Assembly (NCBI RefSeq): GCF_044704955.1
Contig: NC_091999.1
Span: 48,174,763-48,238,000, forward strand
Direction: 5' to 3'
Length of the DNA: 63,238 nt
Origin: Pristiophorus japonicus
Taxonomy: Eukaryota
Under the pieces are notes generated by a model that searched no databases, was not told the origin of the DNA, and worked only from the letters and a program-made list of their open reading frames with translations. Of this stretch, positions 1 through 13,154 are shown piece by piece. Position 1 is the stretch's first letter; every line of letters begins with the position of its first letter. The position numbers and the translations under genes are program-made.

Positions 1-522
1 TATAGAGAGAGTTGTTGATATATGTTAAGAAATTAAGACAAATAGAGCTATATGTAGATTATAGGGCAGACTGATAGATAGAAAGATATTGATGCATTGA
101 ACAATTTGGTTGATTGATAAAAGTTCAATCTGAAAGAGTAGAACAAGAATGTGAATGGACGGATATCTGAATTATTTTGAATAAAACCCTATCTCTTTTT
201 GTAGTTCGGATTAAGAATGTGGAAAATGCTGAGCTTTATCATCAGGGAATGGACATCTGATTGTGTAATGACAGCTGATCTACTGCACCGTGGCAGTGGG
301 GACCAGTCATGTACAAATGTAGTGAGAGGAAGTCACTACTGAAAATCTCAGTGTTGACTGACACCGGATCTAATATGAATATTTGTCGCACTGTAATAAC
401 ATAGCTCAGGACCATTGGCCAACCAGTTCCCCAATAGATGGAGGACAACTGTACCCCGTCTATCCCAATAGATCTTTACCCCAGAAATCACATCCAATTG
501 GGGTGGCGGGAGGAAATGGGAG

Positions 523-724
523 ATAGAAACATAGAAACACAGAAAATAGGTGCAGAAGTAGGCCATTCGGCCCTTACAACCTTCACCACAATTCAATAAA
601 ATCATGGCTAATCATTCACTTCAGAACCACTTTCCTGCTTTCTCTCCATAACCCTTGATCCCTTTCGCCACAAGGGCTTTCTCTAACTCCCTCTTGAATA
701 TACCCAATGAACTGGCATTAAGAA
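523..724 (-). mobile_element. CR1 LINE 3' end (runs into N gap)
   Basis: (ATAGAAAC)n = reverse of CR1 (GTTTCTAT)n tail; minus frame ...IFKRELEKALVAKGIKGYGEKAGKW = ORF2 C-terminus shared with other copies. Confidence 0.9.
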
Positions 725-2009
725 NNNNNNNNNNNNNNNNNNNNNNNNNNNNNNNNNNNNNNNNNNNNNNNNNNNNNNNNNNNNNNNNNNNNNNNNNNNN
801 NNNNNNNNNNNNNNNNNNNNNNNNNNNNNNNNNNNNNNNNNNNNNNNNNNNNNNNNNNNNNNNNNNNNNNNNNNNNNNNNNNNNNNNNNNNNNNNNNNNN
901 NNNNNNNNNNNNNNNNNNNNNNNNNNNNNNNNNNNNNNNNNNNNNNNNNNNNNNNNNNNNNNNNNNNNNNNNNNNNNNNNNNNNNNNNNNNNNNNNNNNN
1001 NNNNNNNNNNNNNNNNNNNNNNNNNNNNNNNNNNNNNNNNNNNNNNNNNNNNNNNNNNNNNNNNNNNNNNNNNNNNNNNNNNNNNNNNNNNNNNNNNNNN
1101 NNNNNNNNNNNNNNNNNNNNNNNNNNNNNNNNNNNNNNNNNNNNNNNNNNNNNNNNNNNNNNNNNNNNNNNNNNNNNNNNNNNNNNNNNNNNNNNNNNNN
1201 NNNNNNNNNNNNNNNNNNNNNNNNNNNNNNNNNNNNNNNNNNNNNNNNNNNNNNNNNNNNNNNNNNNNNNNNNNNNNNNNNNNNNNNNNNNNNNNNNNNN
1301 NNNNNNNNNNNNNNNNNNNNNNNNNNNNNNNNNNNNNNNNNNNNNNNNNNNNNNNNNNNNNNNNNNNNNNNNNNNNNNNNNNNNNNNNNNNNNNNNNNNN
1401 NNNNNNNNNNNNNNNNNNNNCCATCTCCCATTGCAAATTGCTACATCATCATTTTTCATTCAATTGTGCATTATTAAATGTAGTTGTAGTTGCTGAGACT
1501 CACTACGAGGCCACTTCGTTTCTACTGTCTCGATCCCAAATGTGTTGCCATTTTGAGTATATGAAAACAAATTGCATGCATCAATTTGACCTGGGCAACG
1601 CCCCGAGCAATCTGCTGCTGAATATCGGAAGTCACGAGCGAACCGCAGACCACTGGACCTCATTGCTGGTGACGTACTGTAACGTTTCCGGCGACTCCAA
1701 GCCAGCAGTGGTGCTTCACATGCAGTTTGCAAACGGTAGATCTAGTTATGGGACCAAATAATTCACTGATGGAAGACGATAAAATTTAAGACATGCTGTG
1801 TGTAGACAGGGCGGGGAGGCAATAGGAAGGCATAAGTCTTTCGGGATGGGATATGGTTAGAATTGATGTGGGGACTTGATTTTACCGAGTCTCCACCCAT
1901 GTTCCTCAATTGGAAAATAGCGACTGATTGGAGCAGGTCCATGTGCTTTTTCCCTTCCTTCATGATGGATCAGTGTGAATTGTTTGGCGTTGATAGAAGG
2001 CTACGTGAA

Positions 2010-3180
2010 GAGAGCCAGGAGAGAGCATGGCAGTGGCATTAGTTTGGGATTCATATACGACTATAGGGAAAGAGAGGCACACTGAGGTTAGTTTCGGATG
2101 GATAAAGGCTATGGTGCTTGGGTGGGCAGTGTGATTAGTGTGGGATTGATACAGGGCGATGGTGCGTGGTGTGGCAGTGTGATTAGTGTGGGATTGATAC
2201 AGGGCTATGATGCGTGGGTGGGGCAGTGTGATTAGTGTGGGATTGATACAGGGCTGTGGGGAGAGAGAGGGGCCTTGCGATTAGTTTGGGATTGATACAG
2301 GGTTATGGGGAGACAGTGGGGCAGCAGGATCAGTTTGGGTGAGATTGAGGGCTGTGGGGAGAGAGAGGTCTTTCGGATTAGTATGGGATTTGTACAGGGC
2401 AATGGAGAGTGAGCTGAACAGTGGGATTCGTTTGGCATTGATTCAGGAATATGGGGAAAGAGCAAGCAGTGGGATCACTTTCGTATTGATAAAGGCCTAT
2501 GCGATGACAGGAAAGACAGTGTGGTTCGTTTGCGAATGGTAGAGGGCCATGGGGAGCGACGGGCTGTGGGATTAGTTTGGGATTGAAACAGGACAATGGG
2601 GAGTGAGCAGGGCAGTGAAATTAGTTTGAGATTGATACATTTTTATGGGGAAGGAGACGGGCAATGGGATTACTTTGGGATTGATACACGGCTTTGGAAA
2701 GAGAGCGAGGCAATGGGATTAGTTTGGAATTGATAACGGGAAATGAGGAGAGAGGGCCTCTCAGATTAAGTTGGGTTTCATACATGGATATGGGGGAAAT
2801 GGGTAGTAGGATTAGTTTTGGATTGATGCAGAAATATGGGGAAAGAGGGGAAAGAGGAATTTGTTTTTCAGTAATGCAGAGCTTTGTGGAGAGTATGCAG
2901 TGGATTAGTTCGACGAATATAGGGAAATAGAAGAAAACATACTTAGTTTGGGATTGTAACTGGGGTATAGCCAATGAGCGAGGCTGTGGGATTAGATTAG
3001 AATTCCTACATGAATCTGGGGAAAGAGGCGCATTGGTGTTAGTTTGTGATTGGTATCGGGCTTCCTGGAGAGAGTGGCTGTATGATTAGTTTCGGTTTAT
3101 ACAGCACTATGAGGAATGAGCGCGGCTGTGGGATTAGATTGATATGTATATACGGCTCTGGAGAGAGAGGGGACAGGATC
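2010..3180. repeat. Degenerate ~40-45 bp minisatellite (GGGCAGTGGGATTAGTTTGGGATTGATACAGGGCTATGGGGAGAGAG-like)
   Basis: Many recurring GATTAGTTTGGGATTGATAC cores. Confidence 0.85.
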
Positions 3181-3564
3181 ACACAAGGGGCAAAATTGCA
3201 ATCAGTAATTCCGATCTGAATGAATGGCTTGAGTTTGTGCCGCTATAAAATTTTGGTTCATATCCCAGATTCTAAATGTGGACACTTGCATATGGTCAAA
3301 GTAAACTATTTATTAATTAGTTGCTTCATCAAGGAGAAAAGCGACCAGGTTCTCAACATAGATACTAATTCTCATTGTCTGTTTCTTTACCTGATGTTTG
3401 CTGCGAAATGTTGTTTGAATCTGTGAATGTTGTAATTCTAAAATTGGCAGTCAATAAACTCTGAATGTATATGTTAAAGAGCCGAAACATTTAATTTTTT
3501 AAAAACACCATAATCTACTAATCCAAGGTTATAGCAATGCGTTCCTCGTCTGTCATCACCAACA

Positions 3565-4620
3565 AGAACTTGTGTCTATGTAGCGCCGTTAACCAAGAAA
3601 AACATCCCAAGGTGCTACACAGGAGAGTTATTAAACAAAATCTGACACCGAGCCTCATAAGAAGAAATTAGGATGGATGAGCAAAAGCTTGGTCAAAGAT
3701 GTAGGTCTTAAGGAACGTCTTAAAGACTGAGAGAGAGGTCGAGAGGTGGAGAAGTTTAAGGAGGAAATATTTTGCTGAGGAACTACGCAGCTATATGTAC
3801 GGCCACCAATGTTGAGTGATTAACAAAGAGGATGCGGAAAAGGGCGGGATTTAGAGGTGTGCACAGATGTCGATGGGTTGTTGTATTGGAGAAGGTTACA
3901 GAGCTTAGCGAGAAAGGGAAGAATTTAAAAAATAATGAGAGTTTTAAATGGAGATTTTTCCGGAACGAGAGCAAATGAAGGTCAGTGATGGAGGAGCGGG
4001 TCAGTGTGTGTTAGGACACCGGCAGCCGAGCTTTCGATATGGTAAAGTTTATAGAGGGTGTAAGATGGGAGCCCATCCATCTGAGCGTTGAAATAGTGAA
4101 GTCTAGTGATAAGAAAGGCATGGATGAGGATTTCCGCAGCAGATGAGGTGAGGTAGGAGTGGTGTATAGCGAGGTTACTGAGGTTAAAATAGGCAATCTT
4201 GGTGATGGCGCGCAAAGGTGGTTGGAAGCTGATCTCGGAGTCAAATACGATACCAAGATTGCAGATAGACTGGTTCAGCTTCAGTCAGACGCCAGCGAAA
4301 GGAATGGAGTCGGTGGCTATGGAACGGAGTTTGTGGCGAGAGCAAAGACAATGGATTCAGTACTCCCAATATTTTGTTGGAGAACATTTCTGCTCATCCA
4401 ATACCGTATGTCACAAAAGCAGCCTGACAAATTAGAGAAACTGGTGGTGTGGAGAGAGGTAGTGGTGAGGTCGACCTGGGTGTCGTTAGCATATATGTGG
4501 AACGCGATATTGTGTTTTTGAATGACGGCCCCGACGGGCGCCGTTTTGATGAGAAATATCTGGGGGCCAGGGATAGATACTTATGGGACACCAGTTAACA
4601 GCGTGAGACCGCGAAGAGTA
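3565..4620 (-). mobile_element. L2-clade LINE 3' fragment
   Basis: ORF 3982..4215 KIAYFNLSNLA..LTSSAAEILIHAFLITRLHYFN..GLP..L.KL..IESSAA.VLT matches the L2 ORF2 post-RT motif (AETLIHAFITSRLDYCN...LQLIQNSAARILT). Confidence 0.85.
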
Positions 4621-4749
4621 GCCCTGGCTCTTGGCAGTGTGTGGAAAGAGGTTTCTACTCAAACCAATGGGTAGGCCCTGATGGAGTGGGGGAAGGGTGA
4701 AGGGAAGGAGATTTTTTCTTGTTTGCGTGTGGAAAGGAAATAAATAACG

Positions 4750-5180
4750 AATTAATTTAGCGCGCTGATGACCTCAGGACGTCTCAAAACGCTTTAGAGT
4801 CAATGAAGTACTTTTGAAGTGAAGCCACTGTTCATTGTAGGGCACGCAGCAGCCAATCGATGCATTGCAAGACCCCACAAACAGCAATGAGATAAATGAG
4901 CATATATTGTACTTTAATGATGGTGGGTGAGGGCTAAATATTAGCCGGAGCACCAGGAAAATTCCCCTGCCATGGGTTCTTTTGTATTCATATCAGAGAG
5001 CAGGGAAAACCTCAGACCAACATCTCATTCGAAAGACGGCACGTTCGACAGTGCAGCACTCCCTCAGCAATGCACTGGCGTGCCAGACTACATTATGTGC
5101 TTAAATCGTTGTAGCGGTACTTGAACCCACAACCTTCTGATGTCAGAGGTGCGGGTGCGACTGCTGAGCAAACGCTGACG
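4750..5180 (-). mobile_element. tRNA-headed DeuSINE (SacSINE1-like), near full length
   Basis: Reverse B-box (cttgaacccacaaccttctga), Deu core (gacggcacgttcgacagtgcagcactccctcag; ccacaaacagcaatg), L2-like tail; homologous to 46410-46835. Confidence 0.75.
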
Positions 5181-5184
5181 CCTT

Positions 5185-5480
5185 GAGCAGAGAGGATTAC
5201 GTGGAGATTTGATAGTGGTCTTCAATATTAGACAAGATATCGACAGAGTAAATTAAACTGAACAATTTCCACTGGAGGAAGGATCGTAACCAGGCAATAT
5301 CGATTTAAGTTAATCGGTATTAAAAGAGATGGCAAATTAGGAGGCATTTTTGTGCAGCGCGATATTGTGACAGGGTACGCACTGTCTGAGAGGGAGGTGG
5401 AAGCAGATTTTATTAGTAACCTTCATAATTACCTTGATATATCCTTCAAAAATAAAGATGTAAATGGCTATGGGGCAAGA
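5185..5480 (+). mobile_element. Old CR1 LINE 3' fragment
   Basis: Degenerate RGDLI..F...VEAD...GYG segment of the ORF2 C-terminus. Confidence 0.6.
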
Positions 5481-6407
5481 TTCGTACTAATTGAACTGCC
5501 CCGCAGTAGTTCAGTATTCATTAAGATTTCCATCTCCTGACATTATATTATAACAGACTCTGGCACCCCGTCCCAACCTCCAGTAGTTCACTGTACTCAC
5601 TGATATTCAATTCTCTGCCCCACCCACTCCCACCACCAAGATTTGTCTACATATTTTAGTCAAATCGCTCACTACTTTTTATCAGGTTTCAGTACACAAG
5701 GCAACCCCCCTCCCCCACCCCTCCACCCCTTCCGCATTATATTATTACGGTCGCGGGACCAGTCCTAAACTGCTGTAGATCAGAAGTCAGTACAGAGGGA
5801 GATCTCCAGCTCATGTCATGTCCCCCTTTCTCAATTATAGTATTACAGACTCTGGTACCCAATGCCACATTGCTATAGATCAGATGCCACTGCACGTTGA
5901 GATTTCCATACCATCATGTTGACAAAGAGCCTTTTCCATTTTCTTAACACAAACAGCAAACAAACACTCATTCACCATGGCAATCTATCCACCTGTACTC
6001 AAGGCTACTCATTCGTCTCTTAAAATATTAAAATGATTTGTGAAAAGTATTATCGATCTCTCTGCATCACTGTACCGTTCTCTGTATCTGACTGTCTGTC
6101 TGTCTGCATGTCTACCTATATATTGCTCTATATGTCATAATTTATGTCAACAACACTCACTATATGTTTGTATATANNNNNNNNNNNNNNNNNNNNNNNN
6201 NNNNNNNNNNNNNNNNNNNNNNNNNNNNNNNNNNNNNNNNNNNNNNNNNNNNNNNNNNNNNNNNNNNNNNNNNNNNNNNNNNNNNNNNNNNNNNNNNNNN
6301 NNNNNNNNNNNNNNNNNNNNNNNNNNNNNNNNNNNNNNNNNAACTGTCTATCTATCGATATGTCCGTCTGTCCATTTACGATTGGAATAAAATGATGAAT
6401 ATTCATA

Positions 6408-6992
6408 ATTGGCCGGATTTAGCCGGGCTGATGATGGTGTCTGCACAGCGTGCGCCGTCGTAAGTCCTCAGAATGGGTCCGCAACTTCTGACTTTCCATA
6501 TGCGCTGCGCATGCACGTAAAACCCGGAAGTTCCGATCTGTCAAGATTCATCTTGATTGATCATCTGCGATCACCCCAAAAACACTCTTCCTTGTGCAGG
6601 GCACAACTGCGCCCCACCGAATGCCCCTGAAACATTTTAAATGCTTAATAAAAGGGACTTTTAATTCATTTTGAACAGGGGATTCGTTATTTTTATTAGA
6701 ATTGTGTTTTATTGAGAGATTTCTCAAAAAGCTTATGGGAATTTATTTTGTAATTGGAAGCCCCATAAGGTAATGGTGAATCCCTCTATTTAATTGGTTG
6801 GGCTGGCCCAGCCAGGTGATCCCAGGGATGCTTCCGAACCGCCTGCTTCCCTGGGATCCATTGGCCTTTATGCAGATATATGCATTGAGTCCCAAGACCT
6901 GAAGACTCCAAAGCTCCAGAGACACCAATTTATTTTCGTGTCGGTGGCGTACTCCGGGTGTATGCCTCAGACCTCAAATTCAGGACCCATAT
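6408..6992. mobile_element. Putative non-autonomous DNA-transposon-like interspersed repeat
   Basis: Loose terminal inverted similarity (tggccggatttag / caaattcaggaccca); 3' half resembles 16150-16420. Confidence 0.35.
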
Positions 6993-7599
6993 ATCTATCT
7001 ATAATATCGTAGAAATCTTATATCTTTGCGATCTTTGTGCGAACTTCTCGCATTTTATATTCCTATCTCTACAATTATAATGGAAACTGCTTATGCAAAC
7101 GTGCCACGCTTTGATTACACTCTCCCGATAGCGGTGGCGCTGTAGTGCCTCAGTTTTGCATCTCCAGCCTTCCCCGCCTCGACAGCAAGCAATGCCCGAT
7201 TTTCGATACAAATCTACTTCTCTCCTTCCCAAAATACACTAACTCTTGTTATTTACCTAAAGGTAATAACATGAAACCAAAACATAATATAATGAAACGA
7301 ATGCAGCATGTATAACTTTAAAATGGAGAAGACTTATTTCTGCAATTATTTCTGGTCTAATTCTCCCGCAGCTTTCCAACCCCATTTAAACTGAGCACTA
7401 CACTTGTTTTTTGCGCCCTATATAAAATGCCAGGTGAGTTCCACTTGTAATCATCTAAAGCAACAATAATGCTTGTATCAGGCATTAAAATATATTCTAA
7501 TTTACAATTCTGGTGCATTCATGTCCCACACATCAAGAGTCCAATTAAAAGGACCTCAAAAACCCCATTTCTGGCATTATGCAGGCGGACGCACTGGCA

Positions 7600-8340
7600 G
7601 TCGGTGAAGATGTATGTGGCGCAAACACCCGGCGTCTCCAGTCCGTCCAAGTCGGGCAGCGATTGGCAAGAAAACCGGTAAAATCCCGGTAAAGAAAATG
7701 CGGCACCAGTTGCCGGGTGACAGCGGGCCCACAGAATTGGAAGACTGGTGGGAAACGATTGCCGGCGAGGATCGGAGGACTGGCAGTAATCGGCGGGTCG
7801 CGAGGACCCAGGAAAGAGTCAGCACGGACAACCAGTGAGGTCGGGACCCAGGAACGGTTCAGAACGGGTCATCAGCAAGGACAGAATCCAGGGAAGGTAG
7901 AACACAGACCAGCAGCAGGATCCGGAGTCCAAATGCTGCAGCGAGGTCGGGAAGCCAAGGCCAGCAGTAAGCTCGGGACCCAGGGAAGGTACAGCATGGA
8001 CCCGCAGCAGGGCCGGGAGGCAGAGCGCAGCAGCGAGGTCGGTAAACCAAGGCCGGCAGTAAGCTCGGGAACCAGGGAAGGTACTGCACGAACCAACAGT
8101 GAGGTGGGAGGCTGAGACCCACAGCGAGGTCAGGACACGAGGAAGTACAGAGCAGCACAGAACAACAGGGTGGGCTGGATCCAAGGAAGGTACAGCACGG
8201 TCCAACAAGGAGGTCAGGACGCAAGGAAGATACAGAAAAGACCATCAGGGAGTTTGGCACAGGAGGCTAGCAGCATGGCCGGGACCCGAGGCGAGCAGCG
8301 AGGTCGAGACACGAGCCCAGATTAAATGTTGTCACTAGAA
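7600..8340. repeat. GC-rich tandem array (GAGGTCGGGACCCAGGGAAGGTACAGCACGGACCAACAG-like), duplication copy A
   Basis: Recurrent unit; paralogous to 12286-12935. Confidence 0.8.
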
Positions 8341-8534
8341 AACAACCAACGACAAAAGTGTGTGCGGTTGGAGAGAGAATAGGAAAGCGCAGGAGAGCCG
8401 CGTGCTGGTGCTGGTGCGGGGCTGGCGCGGGGGGTGGGGGAAGCACATTGTTAATATTCTATGCACAATTCTGCAAACCGCTCCAAGATTAAAGTGCTCA
8501 CCTACACTGAGGACCTGAGGGAGCAGGTCAGTAG

Positions 8535-9490
8535 GAACATAGAAATATAGAAACATAGAAAATAGGTGCAGGAATAGGCCATTGGCCCTTCGAGCCTACA
8601 CCACCATTCAATAAGATCCTGCCTTCTCTCCATACCTCTTGATCCCTTTAGTCGTAAGGTCCATAATCAACTCCCGCTTGAATATATCTAACGAACTGAC
8701 CTCAACAACTCTCTGCAGAAAAGAATTCCACAGGTTAACAACTCTCTGAGTGAAGAGGTTCCTCCTCATCTTGGTCCTAAATGGCTTACACTTTATCATT
8801 AGACTGTGACCCCTGGTTCTGGACTCCCCCAACATCGTGAACATTCTGCTTGCATCTAACCTGTCCAGTCCTGTCAGAAATGTATATGTTTCTATGAGAT
8901 CCCCTATCATTCTTCTAGACTCCAGCGAATAGACGCCCATTCGATCCAGTCTCTCCTCATATGTCAGTCCTGCCATCCCGGGCATCAGTCTGGTGAACCT
9001 TCGCTGCACTCCCTCAATAGCAAGAACGTCCTTCCTCAGATTAGGAGACCAAAAGTGAACACAATATTCCAGGTGAGGCCTCACCAAGGCCCTGTCGAGC
9101 TGCCGCAAGACCTCCCTGCTCCCATACTCAAATCCCCTAGCCAGGAACGCCAACATGCCATTTGCCTTCTTCACCGCTTGCTGCACCTGCATTTCAACCT
9201 TCAATGACTGATGTACCATGACACCCAGGTCTCGTTGCACATCCCCTTTAACTAATCTGCCAACATTCAGATAATAATCTGCCTTCATGTTTTTGCCACC
9301 AAATTGGATAACCGCACATTTATCCACATTATACTGCATCTTTAATGCAGTTGCCCACTCAACTGACCTGTCTAATTAACCCTGCAGCCTCTTAGCATCC
9401 TCCTCACAGCTCAAACTGCCACCCAGCTTAGTGTCATCTGCAAACTTGGAGATATTACTCTCAATTCCTGTATCTATATCATTGATGAAT
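8535..9490 (-). mobile_element. CR1 LINE 3' fragment (RT C-terminal half)
   Basis: ORF 8608..9339 MQYNVDKC...RPHLEYCVHFWSP...; SKFADDTKL upstream; ATAGAAAC tail. Confidence 0.95.
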
Positions 9491-10364
9491 TATTTCTGCA
9501 TATCTCTGATCTTAATTCTCCCTCAGCTTTCCAACTCCATTTAAACTGATAACTACACTTGTTTCTTGGTCACTATATAAAATGCTAGGTGATTTCGACT
9601 AGTAATCATCGAAAGCAAAATAATGCTTGTATCAGACAGTAAAATATAGCCTAATTTACAATTCTGGTGTATTCATGTCCCACAAATCCAGAGTCCAATT
9701 AAAAGGACTTCAAAAACCCAATTTCCGGTATTATATGGCAGACGCACTGGCAGCATGCTTCAAGAGTGAAAAACAATCTCTGGGTCCTGGTTGATAGTGG
9801 CTTCTGATTTTTTTTTACATCATTCCAATTGCTCCACCTCATCTTACCTCACAGTACTCCTCAGTTGTTGATGTGGAAAGAAACTACCCTGGGTCGTGGG
9901 CAGGCTATGATGTGAGAAACGTTATTACAAGCATGCAGGGGAGAGAATATTAGCAAAGGCTCTCTCCGATAAACAATTGCATCAGGTTTTATAAATGATT
10001 GTGCGGAAGCGTAAGCTTGACAATTTACAATGATAAAAAACATCCATATATGTCTGTGACTAGCAGCTGTTCAACCGTTGGCTCTGCCCATGTGACTGGT
10101 TAATGTATACACCCATGTCTCTTCCAAAGCGATCAGAGTCTCGCACGTATACTTTGGAAGATGCTTTCCGTTATCTCAAATGTTTCAGTATCAAGACAAT
10201 ACATCTCACGTTCGGTGGTTCTAAACCACCATATCTGAAGTCTCAAGTTGAAATTTCTGCCCTTTGTTCTAAACTGCTAAGCCTGCACTTTTAACATGTT
10301 CAGCTTACAAAAGGTCCCCTTATTAACCAATTAGGTTCCCACTACATATTTTTTTTCAACAATG

Positions 10365-12285
10365 ACACTCCATAATCCCTCATGGTTGACGGATTCGGAG
10401 ACCTTTGTGAGAGCAAAGTAAGCGATGTACAGAGATTGAAGTAGCTCTATACATTTTTCGTGGAATTGTCACACGGTGAATATCATGCCCATTGTGCCCC
10501 TTAGTTTGTGGAATCCGCATTTCGACTGTGGGAGGAGCTCTTCAGTCATTGGGAGGAGATAATTGAGGATGACTTGTGCGATAATATTCCCTGCGGATTT
10601 CTGTAATTACTGCAATTGAACTTGTCACCTTTCTTGAAGATGGGCACGATTACGGCATCTTTGAGAGGCCCTGGTATGCTCTCCTCCGTCCAGTTAAGGG
10701 ATATGAGGACATGAATTCGCGCCAAGTGTATTACTCCACCATATGTTAGTGCTTCGGCGGGGATTCCTGAGGCCTTGTTGTTCTTTAGTTGTCAGATAGC
10801 CTTTTCACTCTCGTGCTGGGTCAGGATTTTACCGATGTGGTGACGGGTTATATGTTGTGGGATGGGTTCAAGGACACTCACATCAAAGACAGAGGCTTCG
10901 TTGAGGAGATCCACAAAGTGCTCCTTCATGTGGCTAATGACTGCCTCTCTGTCCATGAAGAGCACTCCTCCATTCTCGGTTCTCTGCAGAATCGGACAGT
11001 GTGCTTGGCCCGTAGGTGATCTTGATTGTGCTAAAAGAAATCCACGCACGTCATGATTGTCAGCTAATTGCTGGATCTCCTGCGCGTTTTCCACCCATCA
11101 TTTGTTCTTATGTCACGAGTTTTTTGTTGTACATCAGCCTTTAGTTGTCTCTAGAACTGCTTGCTTTCACTCGAGTTGTGGTGTTGTTTCCAATTCAGAA
11201 ATGATTTGCGTTTGCGGTTTATTAGCTCCTGGATCTCTTGGTCATTCGCATCGAACCAGTTTTGATATTTTCTGGTATTGTAGCCAAGTGTTTATTCGCA
11301 GATGCTAATTTTAGTGGATTTAGGGCAGAACAGGCACTATGGACACTCTGCGGCTTTGGTTGATTGGAAGTCGTTAGGTAGGCTGTGAGCAGTTGGCTGA
11401 TTAGGACTTTCTTTGCAGGGTCTTTGAGACCTTCAATGTTGATTTTTTACGGCAGGATTTATGTTGCCCCTGCTGTTTTGAGGCTATATTGATGGAGATA
11501 ATAGAACGGATTAGGCGGTGGTCAATGCAACAGTCAGCAGCTCCTGTCATGTCATGAGTGATGCGGACATCCTTGTGGTCCCTCAATCGGATGCCAGTGC
11601 CTGGAACGAGGGTGTTGCGATGTGGCCTTGTAGTAGTCATTCTGACGAATCAAGGTGTTGGATATGACAAGGCCATGTTATGAGCAATTCCTCAGGAGGA
11701 GGATTCCATTGGAGTTGGTTTTCCCTACTCCTTCCCTGGCAATCACCCCTCTCGTGAGGTCTGTGTCCTTTGCAACTCTGCCGTTAAAGTCATCAAGAAT
11801 AATCAGCGTGTTGCCTATTGGGAGTCGGGACAGGGATTGTTTCAGGCTTGAGTAGAATTCCGCTTTGTCCGTGTCCGTAGTTTCCATGGTTGGTGCGTAT
11901 GCCCCATTGAGACGGTGTTATTCTTCTGGTGTGCCGTTTGAGAATGTGTATCAACCACCTAGTTCCTTGAGCTGACCTTGTCCTGCCCACATTGTATCAC
12001 TCAGGGCAGTGTTGTCGATGTCGAAGCATCTCAGTTCCCGGGCAATGGCAGCAGTATGACGTTCTTGTCTGTTAATGTTGGGATTGTCCATGAGGGTCCT
12101 AAAGTTTTCAGGTCCTGAACTTCATTTTAAAGGTTAGAAGATACCCCTGCATGAATTATATTACTGAGGTGTGTCCCTTGCACACGAGCTACCACCGAAC
12201 CTGACAGACTAAGTCTTGGTCCAATGGCAAGGGGATGCAAGATGATTGGAGACGAGGCTCTGCTGCATGGGTGTCAAGGTGTGTG
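10365..12285 (-). mobile_element. RTE-clade LINE, 5'UTR + APE endonuclease + partial RT, 3'-truncated and disrupted
   Basis: ATG at ~12125, MKF.T..RTLMDNPN.R.ER.TA.IARELR.FDID..ALS; ILDDFNGRV..GKTNSNGILLL..C; DHRLIRS; LP.S.CGF...RGTM.MIFT...QEKC. Confidence 0.9.
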
Positions 12286-12935
12286 TGGCGCAAACACCGG
12301 GTGTCTCCAATCCATCCAAGTCGGGCAGCGATTGGCAAGAAAACGGGTAAAACCCCGGTAAAAATACGTGGCACCAGTTGCTGGGTGACGGCGGGAATGG
12401 AGAATCGGAGGACCGGTGGGAATCGATGGCCGGCGAGGATCGGAGGACCCATGAACGGTTTAGCAGGGGTCAGCAGCGAGTACGGAACCCAGGGAAGGTA
12501 CAGCACAGACCAGCAGCTAGGTCCGGAGACCGAGTGCAGGAGCGAGGTTGGGAAGCCAAGGCCAGCAGTAAGGTCGGGACCCTGGGAAGAAACAGCACGG
12601 ACCAGCTGCAGGGTCGTGAGGCACAGCGCAGAAGCGAGGTCGGGAAGCCAAGACAGGCAATAAAGTTGGCATCCAGGGAAGGTTCATCACAAATCAGAAG
12701 TGAGGTCGGAGGCTGAGGCCAACAGCAATATCGGTACTCGAGGAAAGTAAGGTACAGAACAACAGGGTGATCGGGACCCAGGGAAGGTACAGCACGGTCC
12801 AACAGGTAGGTTGTGACCAGGAAAGGTACAGCACGGACCAACAAGGTGATCGGGACCCAGGGAAGATGCAGAAAATACCGTCACAGGTGGCTAGCAGCGA
12901 AGTCGAGACACGAGGCCAGAAAATACGTGGTCAGT
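12286..12935. repeat. GC-rich tandem array, duplication copy B, abutting the RTE 5' end
   Basis: Same unit and flanks as 7600-8340. Confidence 0.8.
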
Positions 12936-13154
12936 AGAAAATAACCAACGACAAAAGTGTGAGCTGTTGGATAGAGAATCGGAAAGCGCAGGAGAGTCAC
13001 GTGCTGGAAGTGGTGCAGGGGTGGGGGGCGGGGGGCGGGGCACTGTGTCAGTATACTATGCAGAAGTCCGCAAACTGCTCCACGATTAAGGTGCTCACCT
13101 ACAATGTGATCTCTGAAAACCAGGTAGAGAGGAACTGATAGAGCAGGTCAGTAG

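Noticed and set aside
621-1761. Long ORFs spanning N runs (also ~6.1, 22.8 and 24.2 kb)
   Set aside because: Artefacts of gaps or masking; X residues hide stops
7717-8338. Multiple overlapping ORFs in the GC-rich arrays
   Set aside because: Stop-poor tandem repeat; frames are not conserved between the two duplicates
9858-9915. Short exon-like YSSVVDVERNYPGSWAGYD, faintly like a proprotein convertase motif
   Set aside because: Too short, catalytic DDG missing, no neighbouring exons
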